In this document: positions 1-7,983 of the stretch, in pieces
How the letters are laid out: each line of letters begins with the position of its first letter
Numbering within the stretch: position 1 is the stretch's first letter
DNA from: a virus
Taxonomy: Duplodnaviria > Heunggongvirae > Uroviricota > Caudoviricetes
Reading direction: 5' to 3' (one strand)
DNA length: 64,000 nucleotides
IMG/VR virus record: IMGVR_UViG_3300025011_000026
Position numbers and translations under genes: made by a program
The notes under the pieces: generated by a model
What the model saw: the letters and a program-made list of their open reading frames with translations, nothing else
What the model was told of the DNA's origin: nothing
Database searches by the model: none

Positions 1-273
1 GATTTCATTTATTATCTCAATAAAGAAGTAGATTTAGAGGAAAATGCTTATGATTTTGATATGCCATTACCTGACAGTACAAAAGAATATTTTTTAATCT
101 TTAATGATAAGATTTGGCTTTACATAATTATATCTGATGAATATATGGGAAGTGGAGAATCTTCAACTTATGCTCATATTAATAGTATTTTAGTTCCAGA
201 AGGTACAGACATTGAAGAGGTCAGAGAAATTAAGGATTGGTTAATTAAGGGTGGATTTAAGTTATTGAAGTAG
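1..273 (+). CDS. hypothetical protein, 5' end outside window
   Basis: Frame is open from base 1 with no stop. The track Met at 61 has no SD. Confidence 0.45.
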   Translation, partial: DFIYYLNKEVDLEENAYDFDMPLPDSTKEYFLIFNDKIWLYIIISDEYMGSGESSTYAHINSILVPEGTDIEEVREIKDWLIKGGFKLLK

Positions 274-383
274 GAATTTCTTGAAAAATACAAAGTAAAA
301 TATAATATTGTGTTTTCTGAAAGTGTTGCTACAGTAGGCTTTTAGAAAACACAATATGGCATAAAACTAATCATTTAAAGGAT

Positions 384-743
384 GTGAGTATAAATTTGAA
401 TTTGCTAGAATTAAAAACAAATGTTGACTACATAATTAATAATTTACGAGATTATCAAGACCCAAAAGATATTGTTGTTGCAATTACTTTGTCGGAAAGT
501 TCAATTGGTTCAAGAGCTTTTGCTAGAATTTATTCTGCAGGTATGGGGTTTGATTGGGAAAGTGGACAATTTAGAATTGAGCCACAAACTCCTATAGTTA
601 GAAAAGGAAACACTTTTAATGATATTAAAAATGTTGAATGTAAACCATTCGAAGGTAGGAAGTATTACTTTTGCCCAAGATGTGAGAGTAAAATAAGCAA
701 AGATGATAAATTTTGTAGATATTGTAGTCAGAAATTAAAGTAA
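384..743 (+). CDS. hypothetical protein with C-terminal double zinc ribbon
   Basis: CPRC-x12-CRYC at the C-terminus, with AAAGGA upstream. Start is ambiguous (GTG 384 or in-frame TTG 396). Confidence 0.55.
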   Translation: MSINLNLLELKTNVDYIINNLRDYQDPKDIVVAITLSESSIGSRAFARIYSAGMGFDWESGQFRIEPQTPIVRKGNTFNDIKNVECKPFEGRKYYFCPRCESKISKDDKFCRYCSQKLK

Positions 744-796
744 CGTACAATAGAATTAACCTTTGATTCGATTATTAGAAAGAAGGAGTAATACAT

Positions 797-1072
797 ATGA
801 AGAAAGAAACTTTTTATTGTGATATTTGTAATAAAGAGATAAGTGAATTAGATTTAACTAAAAAATTTATTCCGGTTATTAATAAAATATATGCGACTGG
901 TGGAAAAAGTAATATAAAACTTGCATATATGGGTGAGGCATTGGAATTTGAAGAAAAAGAATTATGTTCTAAATGTTTACAAATACATGATCAAGAATTT
1001 ACAAAATATGCGACAATGTTTGCTCAAGGATGGAAAATACAAGTGGATTTTATTAAATCTCAAACCGTGTAA
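797..1072 (+). CDS. hypothetical Cys-pair protein
   Basis: SD AGAAGGAG then ATG. CDIC and CSKC pairs. Confidence 0.6.
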   Translation: MKKETFYCDICNKEISELDLTKKFIPVINKIYATGGKSNIKLAYMGEALEFEEKELCSKCLQIHDQEFTKYATMFAQGWKIQVDFIKSQTV

Positions 1073-1101
1073 ATATTAAATAAAAAATAGGAGGAATACA
1101 T

Positions 1102-1491
1102 ATGAGTGCAGACAATGGTATTTATATTTTAGAGTGCAAAGATCAATACAGAGTAATCCATGCTCAAGCAATTGATAATCTTTACTGGACTTTTCTTGAT
1201 GGTATGATGTCTGTTGATAAACCTGTATCCACTAGAATAGTAGAAATGTATGGTGATTCTAGGTATACTAGAGATATTAATATGGCAAGAAATATTGCCT
1301 TCTCAATGGAGAAAAGGCATCCAATATTAGAATATGGAGTAAGTTCAATTCGAGTTAATAAAACGTGGTATGAAATTGTGCAAGAAGCAAAGAAGCTTGC
1401 TCCTTTGGAAATTGAAGCAATTAATAACACTAAAAAAGATGATAGATGGGATTGGAATATTAAACGATTAGAGAAAATTATTGCACGATAA
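1102..1491 (+). CDS. hypothetical protein
   Basis: SD TAGGAGG then ATG. The antisense ORF 1182-1505 is treated as a shadow. Confidence 0.6.
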   Translation: MSADNGIYILECKDQYRVIHAQAIDNLYWTFLDGMMSVDKPVSTRIVEMYGDSRYTRDINMARNIAFSMEKRHPILEYGVSSIRVNKTWYEIVQEAKKLAPLEIEAINNTKKDDRWDWNIKRLEKIIAR

Positions 1492-1568
1492 AAAACTGAT
1501 TTCAAGTGATTAGGAAGGAGTTTATTTAAGTGTTAAGAAAACTAAGCCATAGATTGACATAAATTGAA

Positions 1569-1724
1569 GTGCCAAGATCAATTAAATTATTATCTTACAT
1601 AGTAATATTTTTATCAGCAATATTTGTTCCAACTTATCTTCTTTTCTTAGACCATTATATATTTGCACTTATAGCACTTGTGTTAGGTATTTATGGAATA
1701 ATTGAAAGTTTAGAGTGGCAATGA
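1569..1724 (+). CDS. possible 51-aa two-TM membrane peptide
   Basis: Translation VPRSIKLLSYIVIFLSAIFVPTYLLFLDHYIFALIALVLGIYGIIESLEWQ has two hydrophobic helices. No SD lies at GTG 1569. A good SD+GTG at 1530 is in frame but separated by TAA 1560-1562. Confidence 0.3.
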   Translation: MPRSIKLLSYIVIFLSAIFVPTYLLFLDHYIFALIALVLGIYGIIESLEWQ

Positions 1725-1752
1725 AAAAAGAAATTCAAAGGATGGTGAATAT

Positions 1753-1989
1753 ATGAGAAGAGAATTAAAGAAACCATACATAATAGATAGAATAGTACCA
1801 TTATTTTTATGGCATAAATGCGATTTGTGTGGAAGTGAATTTAAGTATGAATACGGATGGAAAATTCGCTATTCAACTACATCTAGAATTATATGTAATA
1901 CCTGTGCTGAGTTTAGTTGGGTAGCAGAAAAACTAGCACTTACATGGGGAGAATCTGGATGTGACAAGCCAAGTGTAAGACTTAAATAA
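1753..1989 (+). CDS. hypothetical zinc-ribbon protein
   Basis: SD AAAGGATGG then ATG. CDLC ... CNTC pairs. Confidence 0.6.
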   Translation: MRRELKKPYIIDRIVPLFLWHKCDLCGSEFKYEYGWKIRYSTTSRIICNTCAEFSWVAEKLALTWGESGCDKPSVRLK

Positions 1990-2032
1990 TTATACTTCGA
2001 ATCTCATATTTCGTAGGAGAGGAGGACTTCTA

Positions 2033-2158
2033 ATGATTCCGTGGGAAGAACCAATTCCAGAATGTACTGAGTGTGAGAATCATAAACCACCATATACCTT
2101 TTGTCTGTGTTGCCATTTTGCATTTAGTGAAAACAAACTGCTTCAAAAAGGAAGTTGA
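2033..2158 (+). CDS. 41-aa Cys-rich peptide (below ORF-track size cutoff)
   Basis: SD GGAGAGGAGG, 8 nt, then ATG. Translation MIPWEEPIPECTECENHKPPYTFCLCCHFAFSENKLLQKGS. Confidence 0.45.
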   Translation: MIPWEEPIPECTECENHKPPYTFCLCCHFAFSENKLLQKGS

Positions 2159-2164
2159 TTAATA

Positions 2165-2488
2165 ATGATTAGAAAATTTCCATATTTATGTGAAATGTGC
2201 AAGAAACATTTCGATGAGCCGAACATTGTTAAAGAAAATCATTGTAAATATAATGTATGTCACATTGTAATAGTAAGTGGATTACACGACCATGTTTTAT
2301 TAATTATCGATAATATCACTATTCTTAGAATAGAAAGGAGTAATATATGTCTCTATTTACTAAACAACCAATGTTTTGCTGTATTTGTGGAACTGAAATT
2401 ATGTTTGATTTTAATTATCGTGGTATTCCAATTTGTGATGTACAATGTTGGGACGAATATCAAAGAAGAAAATCTTTATATATTTTAG
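2165..2488 (+). CDS. hypothetical Cys-motif protein, 3' end doubtful
   Basis: Good SD AAGGAAG and ATG. The last ~45 codons read through the SD and body of the next gene and look like out-of-frame junk. Confidence 0.3.
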   Translation: MIRKFPYLCEMCKKHFDEPNIVKENHCKYNVCHIVIVSGLHDHVLLIIDNITILRIERSNICLYLLNNQCFAVFVELKLCLILIIVVFQFVMYNVGTNIKEENLYIF

Positions 2489-2553
2489 GGAAAAAGTATT
2501 ATGTAAAATCACAGCAAACAACTTTTGGTTTGATGAAAGGAGAATTATTATAA
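2347..2553 (+). CDS. hypothetical zinc-binding protein
   Basis: SD AAAGGAG then ATG. CCICG ... CDVQC motif. Confidence 0.55.
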   Translation: MSLFTKQPMFCCICGTEIMFDFNYRGIPICDVQCWDEYQRRKSLYILGKKYYVKSQQTTFGLMKGELL

Positions 2554-2756
2554 TAAGATGTAAAAGAAGATTAATAAATTGTTATGAAGATTCGTGTAAA
2601 GAAGATATAATATCAAGTATTAAAGCATCTATATCATTTGAAGGTTTAGAACCTAGTGATTATGCTGTTAATTTAATTGACCAATATGCAGATGGTAAAA
2701 TCACTGTTGAAAAATATATTGCTAAAATAAAAGAAAAATATAATATTGGAAGTTAA
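2544..2756 (+). CDS. VbhA-like antitoxin-domain protein (start uncertain)
   Basis: SISFEGLEPSDYAVNLIDQYADGKITVEKY matches the S-x3-E-G inhibitory helix motif of VbhA/FicA-type antitoxins. No ATG/GTG/TTG follows the SD AAAGGAGA; only ATT/ATA codons do. The track Met at 2445 has no SD. Confidence 0.5.
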   Translation: MIIIRCKRRLINCYEDSCKEDIISSIKASISFEGLEPSDYAVNLIDQYADGKITVEKYIAKIKEKYNIGS

Positions 2757-2782
2757 AAATGTTAGTTGAAGGAGGAATAAAT

Positions 2783-2974
2783 ATGTCTAATAAAACATTA
2801 AGCAAATATCTTGAAGACAATATTAAAAATAATGTAATTGATCATGCTATTAGAGCGCATAAAGATGATTATGGCAATATAGTTTTCTATATTCATCCTG
2901 CAAATGTAAGTGGAGACACCTTAGATTTTCTAGTGGATGAAAACGTATTATATCAGATGAATTATGAAGATTAA
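2783..2974 (+). CDS. hypothetical protein
   Basis: SD GAAGGAGG then ATG at 2783, in frame with track ORF 2759. Confidence 0.55.
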   Translation: MSNKTLSKYLEDNIKNNVIDHAIRAHKDDYGNIVFYIHPANVSGDTLDFLVDENVLYQMNYED

Positions 2975-3018
2975 TATCCTTCGAATCACAAATTTTATTT
3001 GAAATGAGATGATTATTA

Positions 3019-3135
3019 ATGTGCAAATATAGAAACTCTGAATATTTTTGTGCAATCACAAAAGAAAAATGTAATCAAAAGTCTGACTATGAATGTATCA
3101 TATATATTTCATACGAAGAAATGATTAGAGAATAA
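3019..3135 (+). CDS. possible 38-aa Cys-rich peptide
   Basis: Translation MCKYRNSEYFCAITKEKCNQKSDYECIIYISYEEMIRE. The SD is weak. Confidence 0.3.
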   Translation: MCKYRNSEYFCAITKEKCNQKSDYECIIYISYEEMIRE

Positions 3136-3183
3136 CAAATTATAAAATAAATACTTGACTTAATACCTTGCCCATGTTATTAT
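3134..3183 (+). promoter_or_regulatory. sigma-A type promoter with extended -10 and conserved upstream 20-mer
   Basis: TTGACT (3155-3160), 17 nt, TGtTATTAT (-10 at 3178-3183). It is preceded by AACAAATTATAAAATAAATA, which recurs identically at 23526. Confidence 0.6.
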
Positions 3184-3255
3184 ATAAATATACCAAATAC
3201 ATAAATAAATACTTCGAATTATTTCTTTTAATTGAAGACAGAAAGGAGGTTAATT

Positions 3256-3399
3256 GTGGATAAACTAAATTTACTTATACGAGAAATATTTAAAGAGATG
3301 AATACTAATTATGATGAACATCAAGCAGTTAAAATTGGCGAATTAATAACTGATTATTGCATTGATAAAGATTGGGATATTTATAAAGAATATAATTGA
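3256..3399 (+). CDS. 47-aa hypothetical protein
   Basis: SD AAAGGAGG, 7 nt, then GTG. Translation MDKLNLLIREIFKEMNTNYDEHQAVKIGELITDYCIDKDWDIYKEYN. Confidence 0.4.
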   Translation: MDKLNLLIREIFKEMNTNYDEHQAVKIGELITDYCIDKDWDIYKEYN

Positions 3400-3419
3400 A
3401 AAGGGGACTAAAATACATA

Positions 3420-3580
3420 ATGCAACAAAAAGTTAAAGCAAAATCAAAGGTACATTTTGGGGAACTGCTACAGTTATCATAGACCATGACGGAACAATTA
3501 TTGAAGTAGAAGAAGTGGAAAACCTTGATGATTTCGATGATTGTGAAGTTAGAGAAATAATTTATAGGATTAGAGGATAA
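3420..3580 (+). CDS. small acidic protein split by an apparent frame change
   Basis: ATG 3420 opens a 20-codon frame. The protein-like body (GTATVIIDHDGTIIEVEEVENLDDFDDCEVREIIYRIRG) is in the -1 frame and has no start codon. The junction lies in A/T/G runs at 3437-3462. Confidence 0.35.
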
Positions 3581-3582
3581 AA

Positions 3583-3831
3583 ATGGAAACAATTACCCTA
3601 CAAGATAATCATAAAAAAGCTATGAGCAGTAAAATTACCAAAGCAATTAATTCTATTCCAGATGAAACAATTCAAGAAATATTTTTAGATTATATTGCAA
3701 ATGAGATTGACAATTTGTATTCTGAAAGTAATTTCCAAGACATTATAGAATCTCAATTAAGAGAAATTGTTAGAAATATGTTTATCGAAAAGGGATTACT
3801 AAAAGCAACAAAAATTGAGGAGAGTGTTTAA
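3583..3831 (+). CDS. hypothetical protein
   Basis: SD GAGGA then ATG, directly after the previous stop. Confidence 0.6.
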   Translation: METITLQDNHKKAMSSKITKAINSIPDETIQEIFLDYIANEIDNLYSESNFQDIIESQLREIVRNMFIEKGLLKATKIEESV

Positions 3832-3834
3832 TAA

Positions 3835-4131
3835 ATGGAAAAGAAAATTACACTTAAATATCTAACGCCATTAGAATTTATTGCTACATACACAAGAGAA
3901 GAATTTTTTAGAGGAGAACATGATAGTGAAAGAAAATGGTTAGAAGAGGATGCAGGAATGCCTATATTGAATATTATTGCAAAAATTACAACTGGCAATT
4001 ATGATCAACTTATTATGAAAACTTTTGATAAATTCGCTCCAAAAGTAGGATTTTTGTATTGTGGAGAACACGATATATTTCATGAGTATGTAAATTGTCC
4101 ATTCTGTCAGTTAGACATACGAGTTGATTAA
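3835..4131 (+). CDS. hypothetical protein
   Basis: SD GAGGAG upstream. C-terminal CGEH ... CPFC pair. Confidence 0.6.
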   Translation: MEKKITLKYLTPLEFIATYTREEFFRGEHDSERKWLEEDAGMPILNIIAKITTGNYDQLIMKTFDKFAPKVGFLYCGEHDIFHEYVNCPFCQLDIRVD

Positions 4132-4185
4132 ATAGTTGAATGGTATATTTTCTAGCAATTTAAGAAAGAAAGGAATTGATACATA

Positions 4186-4515
4186 ATGGATAAAGAATTG
4201 TTTAAAGAGTTAGAAGAAGCATCAAAACCATTGCAGGACTTCTTAATGAAACATTTTGATCAAATGACTAAAATAGAGGTAGAAATTGGTCATATTAATG
4301 TGTTAAACGGAGTAATGGGAATGCCTACTGAAATTGATGATTCTGTAAAACAAATTGATAGATATATGAATGATAAAGAGAATTGTGATAATTGTAAATA
4401 TAATTTTATTGATTTTAATTTGGGTTGTTATGATAGGTGGTATGAGATGAATAGGATTTATACTAGAAAAATTGGAGATAATAGTGAAATGATTAATTGT
4501 TGGGAGCAAGGATAA
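4186..4515 (+). CDS. hypothetical protein
   Basis: SD AAAGGAA then ATG. The antisense ORF is treated as a shadow. Confidence 0.6.
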   Translation: MDKELFKELEEASKPLQDFLMKHFDQMTKIEVEIGHINVLNGVMGMPTEIDDSVKQIDRYMNDKENCDNCKYNFIDFNLGCYDRWYEMNRIYTRKIGDNSEMINCWEQG

Positions 4516-4570
4516 ATCAATTGAATAGTCGATTTCCAATGAAAATAAATTAAAAAGGAGAGATTAATAA

Positions 4571-5341
4571 ATGAATTATGATGATTATGACTATGAAACC
4601 CAATATGAACCAAGCGAAGTAGATCAATTAGTTGAAGAGTTTAGAGATAAAATTAGGGAACATTTATTACCTAATATTCAAGAAGAAATTGATCGCCTAA
4701 ACAAAGAAAATATTGAACTTAGACAAAAATATAATGAATATAAGACTAAGGAATCCGAATTAAGTAATAAGGAAAGAGACTTAAAATATAAAGAAGATAA
4801 TCTTAAAAGAGAAGTTGAAAGAGAATTTTATGCAAGTAACATAGGCGACACTTTGAAAGATTACATAGAAAATGCAGAAGTGTGGTTCGCGGATAGTAAG
4901 GGATTTCAACAAGATAAATGTCATTTATGTAATGATAAACGTAAATTAGTTGCTGAATTCCCTGGTGGTAAAACAACAGAAATAAATTGCGATTGTAGTA
5001 GAATAATATCTAAGTATGTTCCAGAAATATCTGAGTTATCTACTATTAGATTTAGCAAAAGAGATAGTCAATATCAATCAGAAAGAAAATTTTATTTATG
5101 GAAAACTTTTGTACCATCAGGAAAATCTAGTTATTATGATGATCACAGCTATAATGATTTTAAACTTTGTCAAATAGTAGACGAATTTAATGATAGTACT
5201 AAAGAACTTCATGAAGATAAGAAATGGGATACAAAAATTGGATTCAAAATTAAAGAAGAATGCCAAAAATATTGCGATTGGTTAAATAGAGACAAGACGG
5301 AAGAAATTGAAGAAGAAAACGATGAGGGAGATGAAGATTAA
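4571..5341 (+). CDS. hypothetical coiled-coil / Cys-cluster protein
   Basis: SD AAAGGAGAG. Heptad-like EEIDRLNKENIELRQKYNEYK, CHLC ... CDC cluster, acidic C-tail. Confidence 0.65.
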   Translation: MNYDDYDYETQYEPSEVDQLVEEFRDKIREHLLPNIQEEIDRLNKENIELRQKYNEYKTKESELSNKERDLKYKEDNLKREVEREFYASNIGDTLKDYIENAEVWFADSKGFQQDKCHLCNDKRKLVAEFPGGKTTEINCDCSRIISKYVPEISELSTIRFSKRDSQYQSERKFYLWKTFVPSGKSSYYDDHSYNDFKLCQIVDEFNDSTKELHEDKKWDTKIGFKIKEECQKYCDWLNRDKTEEIEEENDEGDED

Positions 5342-5403
5342 ATCCGAGGAAAAATTAGATTCGAGGGATTTTAGAAATAATTAAAATGAAAGAAGGAAAC
5401 AAT

Positions 5404-5970
5404 ATGGAAATATTTGATATTGAAAAACACTGGGATGATTTCAAAAACAATAAATTGGTGGTAAATTGTCCAACTCAAGAATTAGCAAATGAGTTTCATG
5501 ATTATTGTAGCAAACAAAATATTACATGGTTTGGTCACTCAATAAAAAATAATTATTGGAGTGACGAAAGTACTTGTTATAGACACCAAACATCACTTAC
5601 TTTTGCAGATATAGAACATTATGAAAATGAACATTATACAATAGTTGAATTCCAAGGACTTTCTAAAGACAAGATAAAAATTGAGATAAAAATTCCAACA
5701 GAAACATCCAAAGAAATCATTAAAGTAATCTATCACAATAAAGAAACAATTGTATTAATCAAGTCAGATGGCAGATATTATAAAGGCGTTGTCAGTTGTC
5801 ATTATCAAGATACATATGATAAAGAAATTGGATTTCAAAGAGCGTATGAAATTGCAAGAGAAAAATATAATGAATTTAAGGGATGTGAAAATAAAGTAAT
5901 CACCAAAACAAAAAATATTAATGATGATGACTTATATCCTATAAATTTGACTTATGGAGAATTGAATTGA
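5404..5970 (+). CDS. hypothetical protein
   Basis: SD AGAAGGAA then ATG 5404. The in-frame ATG at 5386 lacks an SD. Confidence 0.6.
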   Translation: MEIFDIEKHWDDFKNNKLVVNCPTQELANEFHDYCSKQNITWFGHSIKNNYWSDESTCYRHQTSLTFADIEHYENEHYTIVEFQGLSKDKIKIEIKIPTETSKEIIKVIYHNKETIVLIKSDGRYYKGVVSCHYQDTYDKEIGFQRAYEIAREKYNEFKGCENKVITKTKNINDDDLYPINLTYGELN

Positions 5971-6169
5971 ATTTAATTTTTAATATAATTGGTAGTGTTA
6001 ATGATAGAGGTAGTTATGAAAGATATTATGATGATCAAATTAAAAATGAAATTGATAGTATGTTGAATAAAATAGATATTGTTAGAGATGCAATTTGTAA
6101 TAAAGATTAAAGAGTATAATCCTTCGAAAGTTTCAGTTTATCTGAATTTAAGAAAGGAATGATAAAATA

Positions 6170-6355
6170 ATGCAAATCAGAATTATTAAAAATGATCCTC
6201 CTGTTAATGGAGCAAGTGATATTAGTAAATATGTTGGTCAAATTTTTAATGCACAAAAAGATGGAGACGGAGATGTTTCAATAGTCGAAGGGCTATTATA
6301 TGCAATGACAATATTTAATGGAGAATATGAAATTGTAGAGGAGGAAAATAATTAA
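6170..6355 (+). CDS. hypothetical protein
   Basis: SD AAAGGAA then ATG. Confidence 0.55.
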   Translation: MQIRIIKNDPPVNGASDISKYVGQIFNAQKDGDGDVSIVEGLLYAMTIFNGEYEIVEEENN

Positions 6356-6684
6356 TGAAATGCGAATTGTGTTTACTTCGTGGAGAAGATGAAAAAGAAG
6401 AATATTTAAATTTACATCTAATTGTAAAAGAAAATCACTATCAAAAATTCATTCTTAAAGATGATGGAACACTAGAATATGAGGATTCTGATGCAGATCA
6501 AACAATGTATTTAGAATGTCCTCTATGTGGAACTAAATTTGATTTAGATACAGATTATAAGAACTTTTCATTACAAATGGAAGAAAGACATGTCATTACG
6601 AGATTAGATTTTAACAATTATAAAAGTGAAAATCCTATTGTTAATTTGAATGATTATAAAATTATAGAGAGGATGGGCGATTAA
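6355..6684 (+). CDS. hypothetical zinc-ribbon protein
   Basis: TAATG overlap with the upstream stop. SD GGAGGAGGA. CELC and CPLC pairs. Confidence 0.6.
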   Translation: MKCELCLLRGEDEKEEYLNLHLIVKENHYQKFILKDDGTLEYEDSDADQTMYLECPLCGTKFDLDTDYKNFSLQMEERHVITRLDFNNYKSENPIVNLNDYKIIERMGD

Positions 6685-7019
6685 TGAAAATTGAATTCAA
6701 CTTATTCAAATTAAAGAAAGACAGTAAAACTTATCAACAATGGTCAACAAAAGATTATATGAAGAAAGAATTAGACCTTGACATTATCATTGTTGGAAAA
6801 GAGAAATTAGGTGATAAATTATACCTTAGAGGTTCTACCATTGGTGATAAAGGATTAACTTTGATTGGTGGTTTAATGCTTGATGAAAGTGGTTATTTAA
6901 TTCCAGAAGAAGATTTGCAATATACATCTTGTTCAATGGAATTCAATATCCATAAAAAGTATTTGAATGTTAGAATTATTGAGGATATTCAGAGAATCAA
7001 TGATAGGTTAATTGGATAA
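6684..7019 (+). CDS. hypothetical protein
   Basis: TAATG overlap with the upstream gene, suggesting translational coupling. Confidence 0.6.
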   Translation: MKIEFNLFKLKKDSKTYQQWSTKDYMKKELDLDIIIVGKEKLGDKLYLRGSTIGDKGLTLIGGLMLDESGYLIPEEDLQYTSCSMEFNIHKKYLNVRIIEDIQRINDRLIG

Positions 7020-7034
7020 ATAAAATTAAAGGAA

Positions 7035-7208
7035 GTGAAAATAATTATCTTAGCAGAAAAGATTATTGCATACATAAAAAATGAAGCAGATAAAGAAGTT
7101 GCAAGAAAAGCTAAGGCAATGGATAAAGATATAAGAGGATGCATTAGTCAAAGCATCTATAGAAATCAGCGTATGCTTAAAAGATTTATTGGGTGTGGTC
7201 AGAGGTAA
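7035..7208 (+). CDS. 57-aa hypothetical protein
   Basis: SD AAAGGAAG then GTG. It fills an otherwise empty 220-nt gap. Confidence 0.35.
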   Translation: MKIIILAEKIIAYIKNEADKEVARKAKAMDKDIRGCISQSIYRNQRMLKRFIGCGQR

Positions 7209-7241
7209 TACATATATAAACTAAAGAAAAAGGAGTTTAGT

Positions 7242-7529
7242 ATGAAGAAATTTTTCCACATCGTATTACCAATCATATTATCAATTGGTTTAACTGGCTG
7301 TGGTAGTAAAGGTACAACAGTAACTAGAATAAGTCAATATGATGGAGTTAAAGTTGTTTTTACGGGTAGCGTAGATAATCAATATGCTACATATGAATGG
7401 AAACTTAGAGATTATGATTTTACTGAAAAAGGAATGGAAGAAATCGTAAAACTAAATCCTAAAAACGGAGATAGAGTTAAAATAAATACTATAGGGTCTT
7501 TAATACTAAAATTGACCATATTGAATTAG
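7242..7529 (+). CDS. lipoprotein
   Basis: N-terminal MKKFFHIVLPIILSIGLTGC carries signal peptide II with lipobox LTGC. SD AAAGGAG. Confidence 0.75.
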   Translation: MKKFFHIVLPIILSIGLTGCGSKGTTVTRISQYDGVKVVFTGSVDNQYATYEWKLRDYDFTEKGMEEIVKLNPKNGDRVKINTIGSLILKLTILN

Positions 7530-7559
7530 TTCCTTAAAAACTAAAGAAGGAAACAATAA

Positions 7560-7967
7560 ATGCTTACAAAACCAGAACATGGTTGGACTAACCTACAAAT
7601 TAATGACTTCTCAGAAAGAGCGAGTTACATGACAAACATACCAAATGAATTTCTAGATGCTTTTATCAGTGCTTTACAAAATAGCACTCCTGCTGTAGTT
7701 TTCTTTGATGCTGAAGGTTGGGGCTTTCATTTGGTTGCATCATACTATTGTAGTTATATTATTGTAGATAAGGATGATGCAAAATTATTTACAGTTAGCA
7801 AGAATATTCATGCATTAGCAAAAGAATTATATGATGATATAAATAATAACCTTGATGATTGGACTAATTGGTATTTAGATGAAAGCGATACAGAGGAAGA
7901 AAGAAAAGAGTATAGGATGGTGTTGGAAGATAAATTAAATCAATTAAATATAGAGATTAACAAATAA
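7560..7967 (+). CDS. hypothetical protein
   Basis: SD AGAAGGAA then ATG. Confidence 0.6.
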   Translation: MLTKPEHGWTNLQINDFSERASYMTNIPNEFLDAFISALQNSTPAVVFFDAEGWGFHLVASYYCSYIIVDKDDAKLFTVSKNIHALAKELYDDINNNLDDWTNWYLDESDTEEERKEYRMVLEDKLNQLNIEINK

Positions 7968-7983
7968 AATGGAGAGTGATTAA

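Noticed and set aside
1182-1505. Long antisense or alternate-frame ORFs in the track. Examples: 1182-1505(-), 4303-4539(-), 9845-10255(-), 12144-12512(-), 12964-13347(-), 13624-13974(-), 20442-20753(+), 35376-35645(-), 38990-39274(-), 51245-51547(+), 55609-55911(+), 57228-57533(-), 59759-60013(+) and 61564-61854(+).
   Set aside because: Each lies inside, or opposite to, a better-supported gene. They lack SD sites, and their products are low-complexity Ile/Leu/Phe/Ser-rich, which is typical of shadow ORFs in AT-rich DNA.
1991-3218. TTCGAAT strings that resemble a tRNA T-loop (GTTCGAATC).
   Set aside because: The flanking bases do not form a T-stem. No acceptor or anticodon arms could be drawn. 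I found no tRNA, rRNA or tmRNA in the window.
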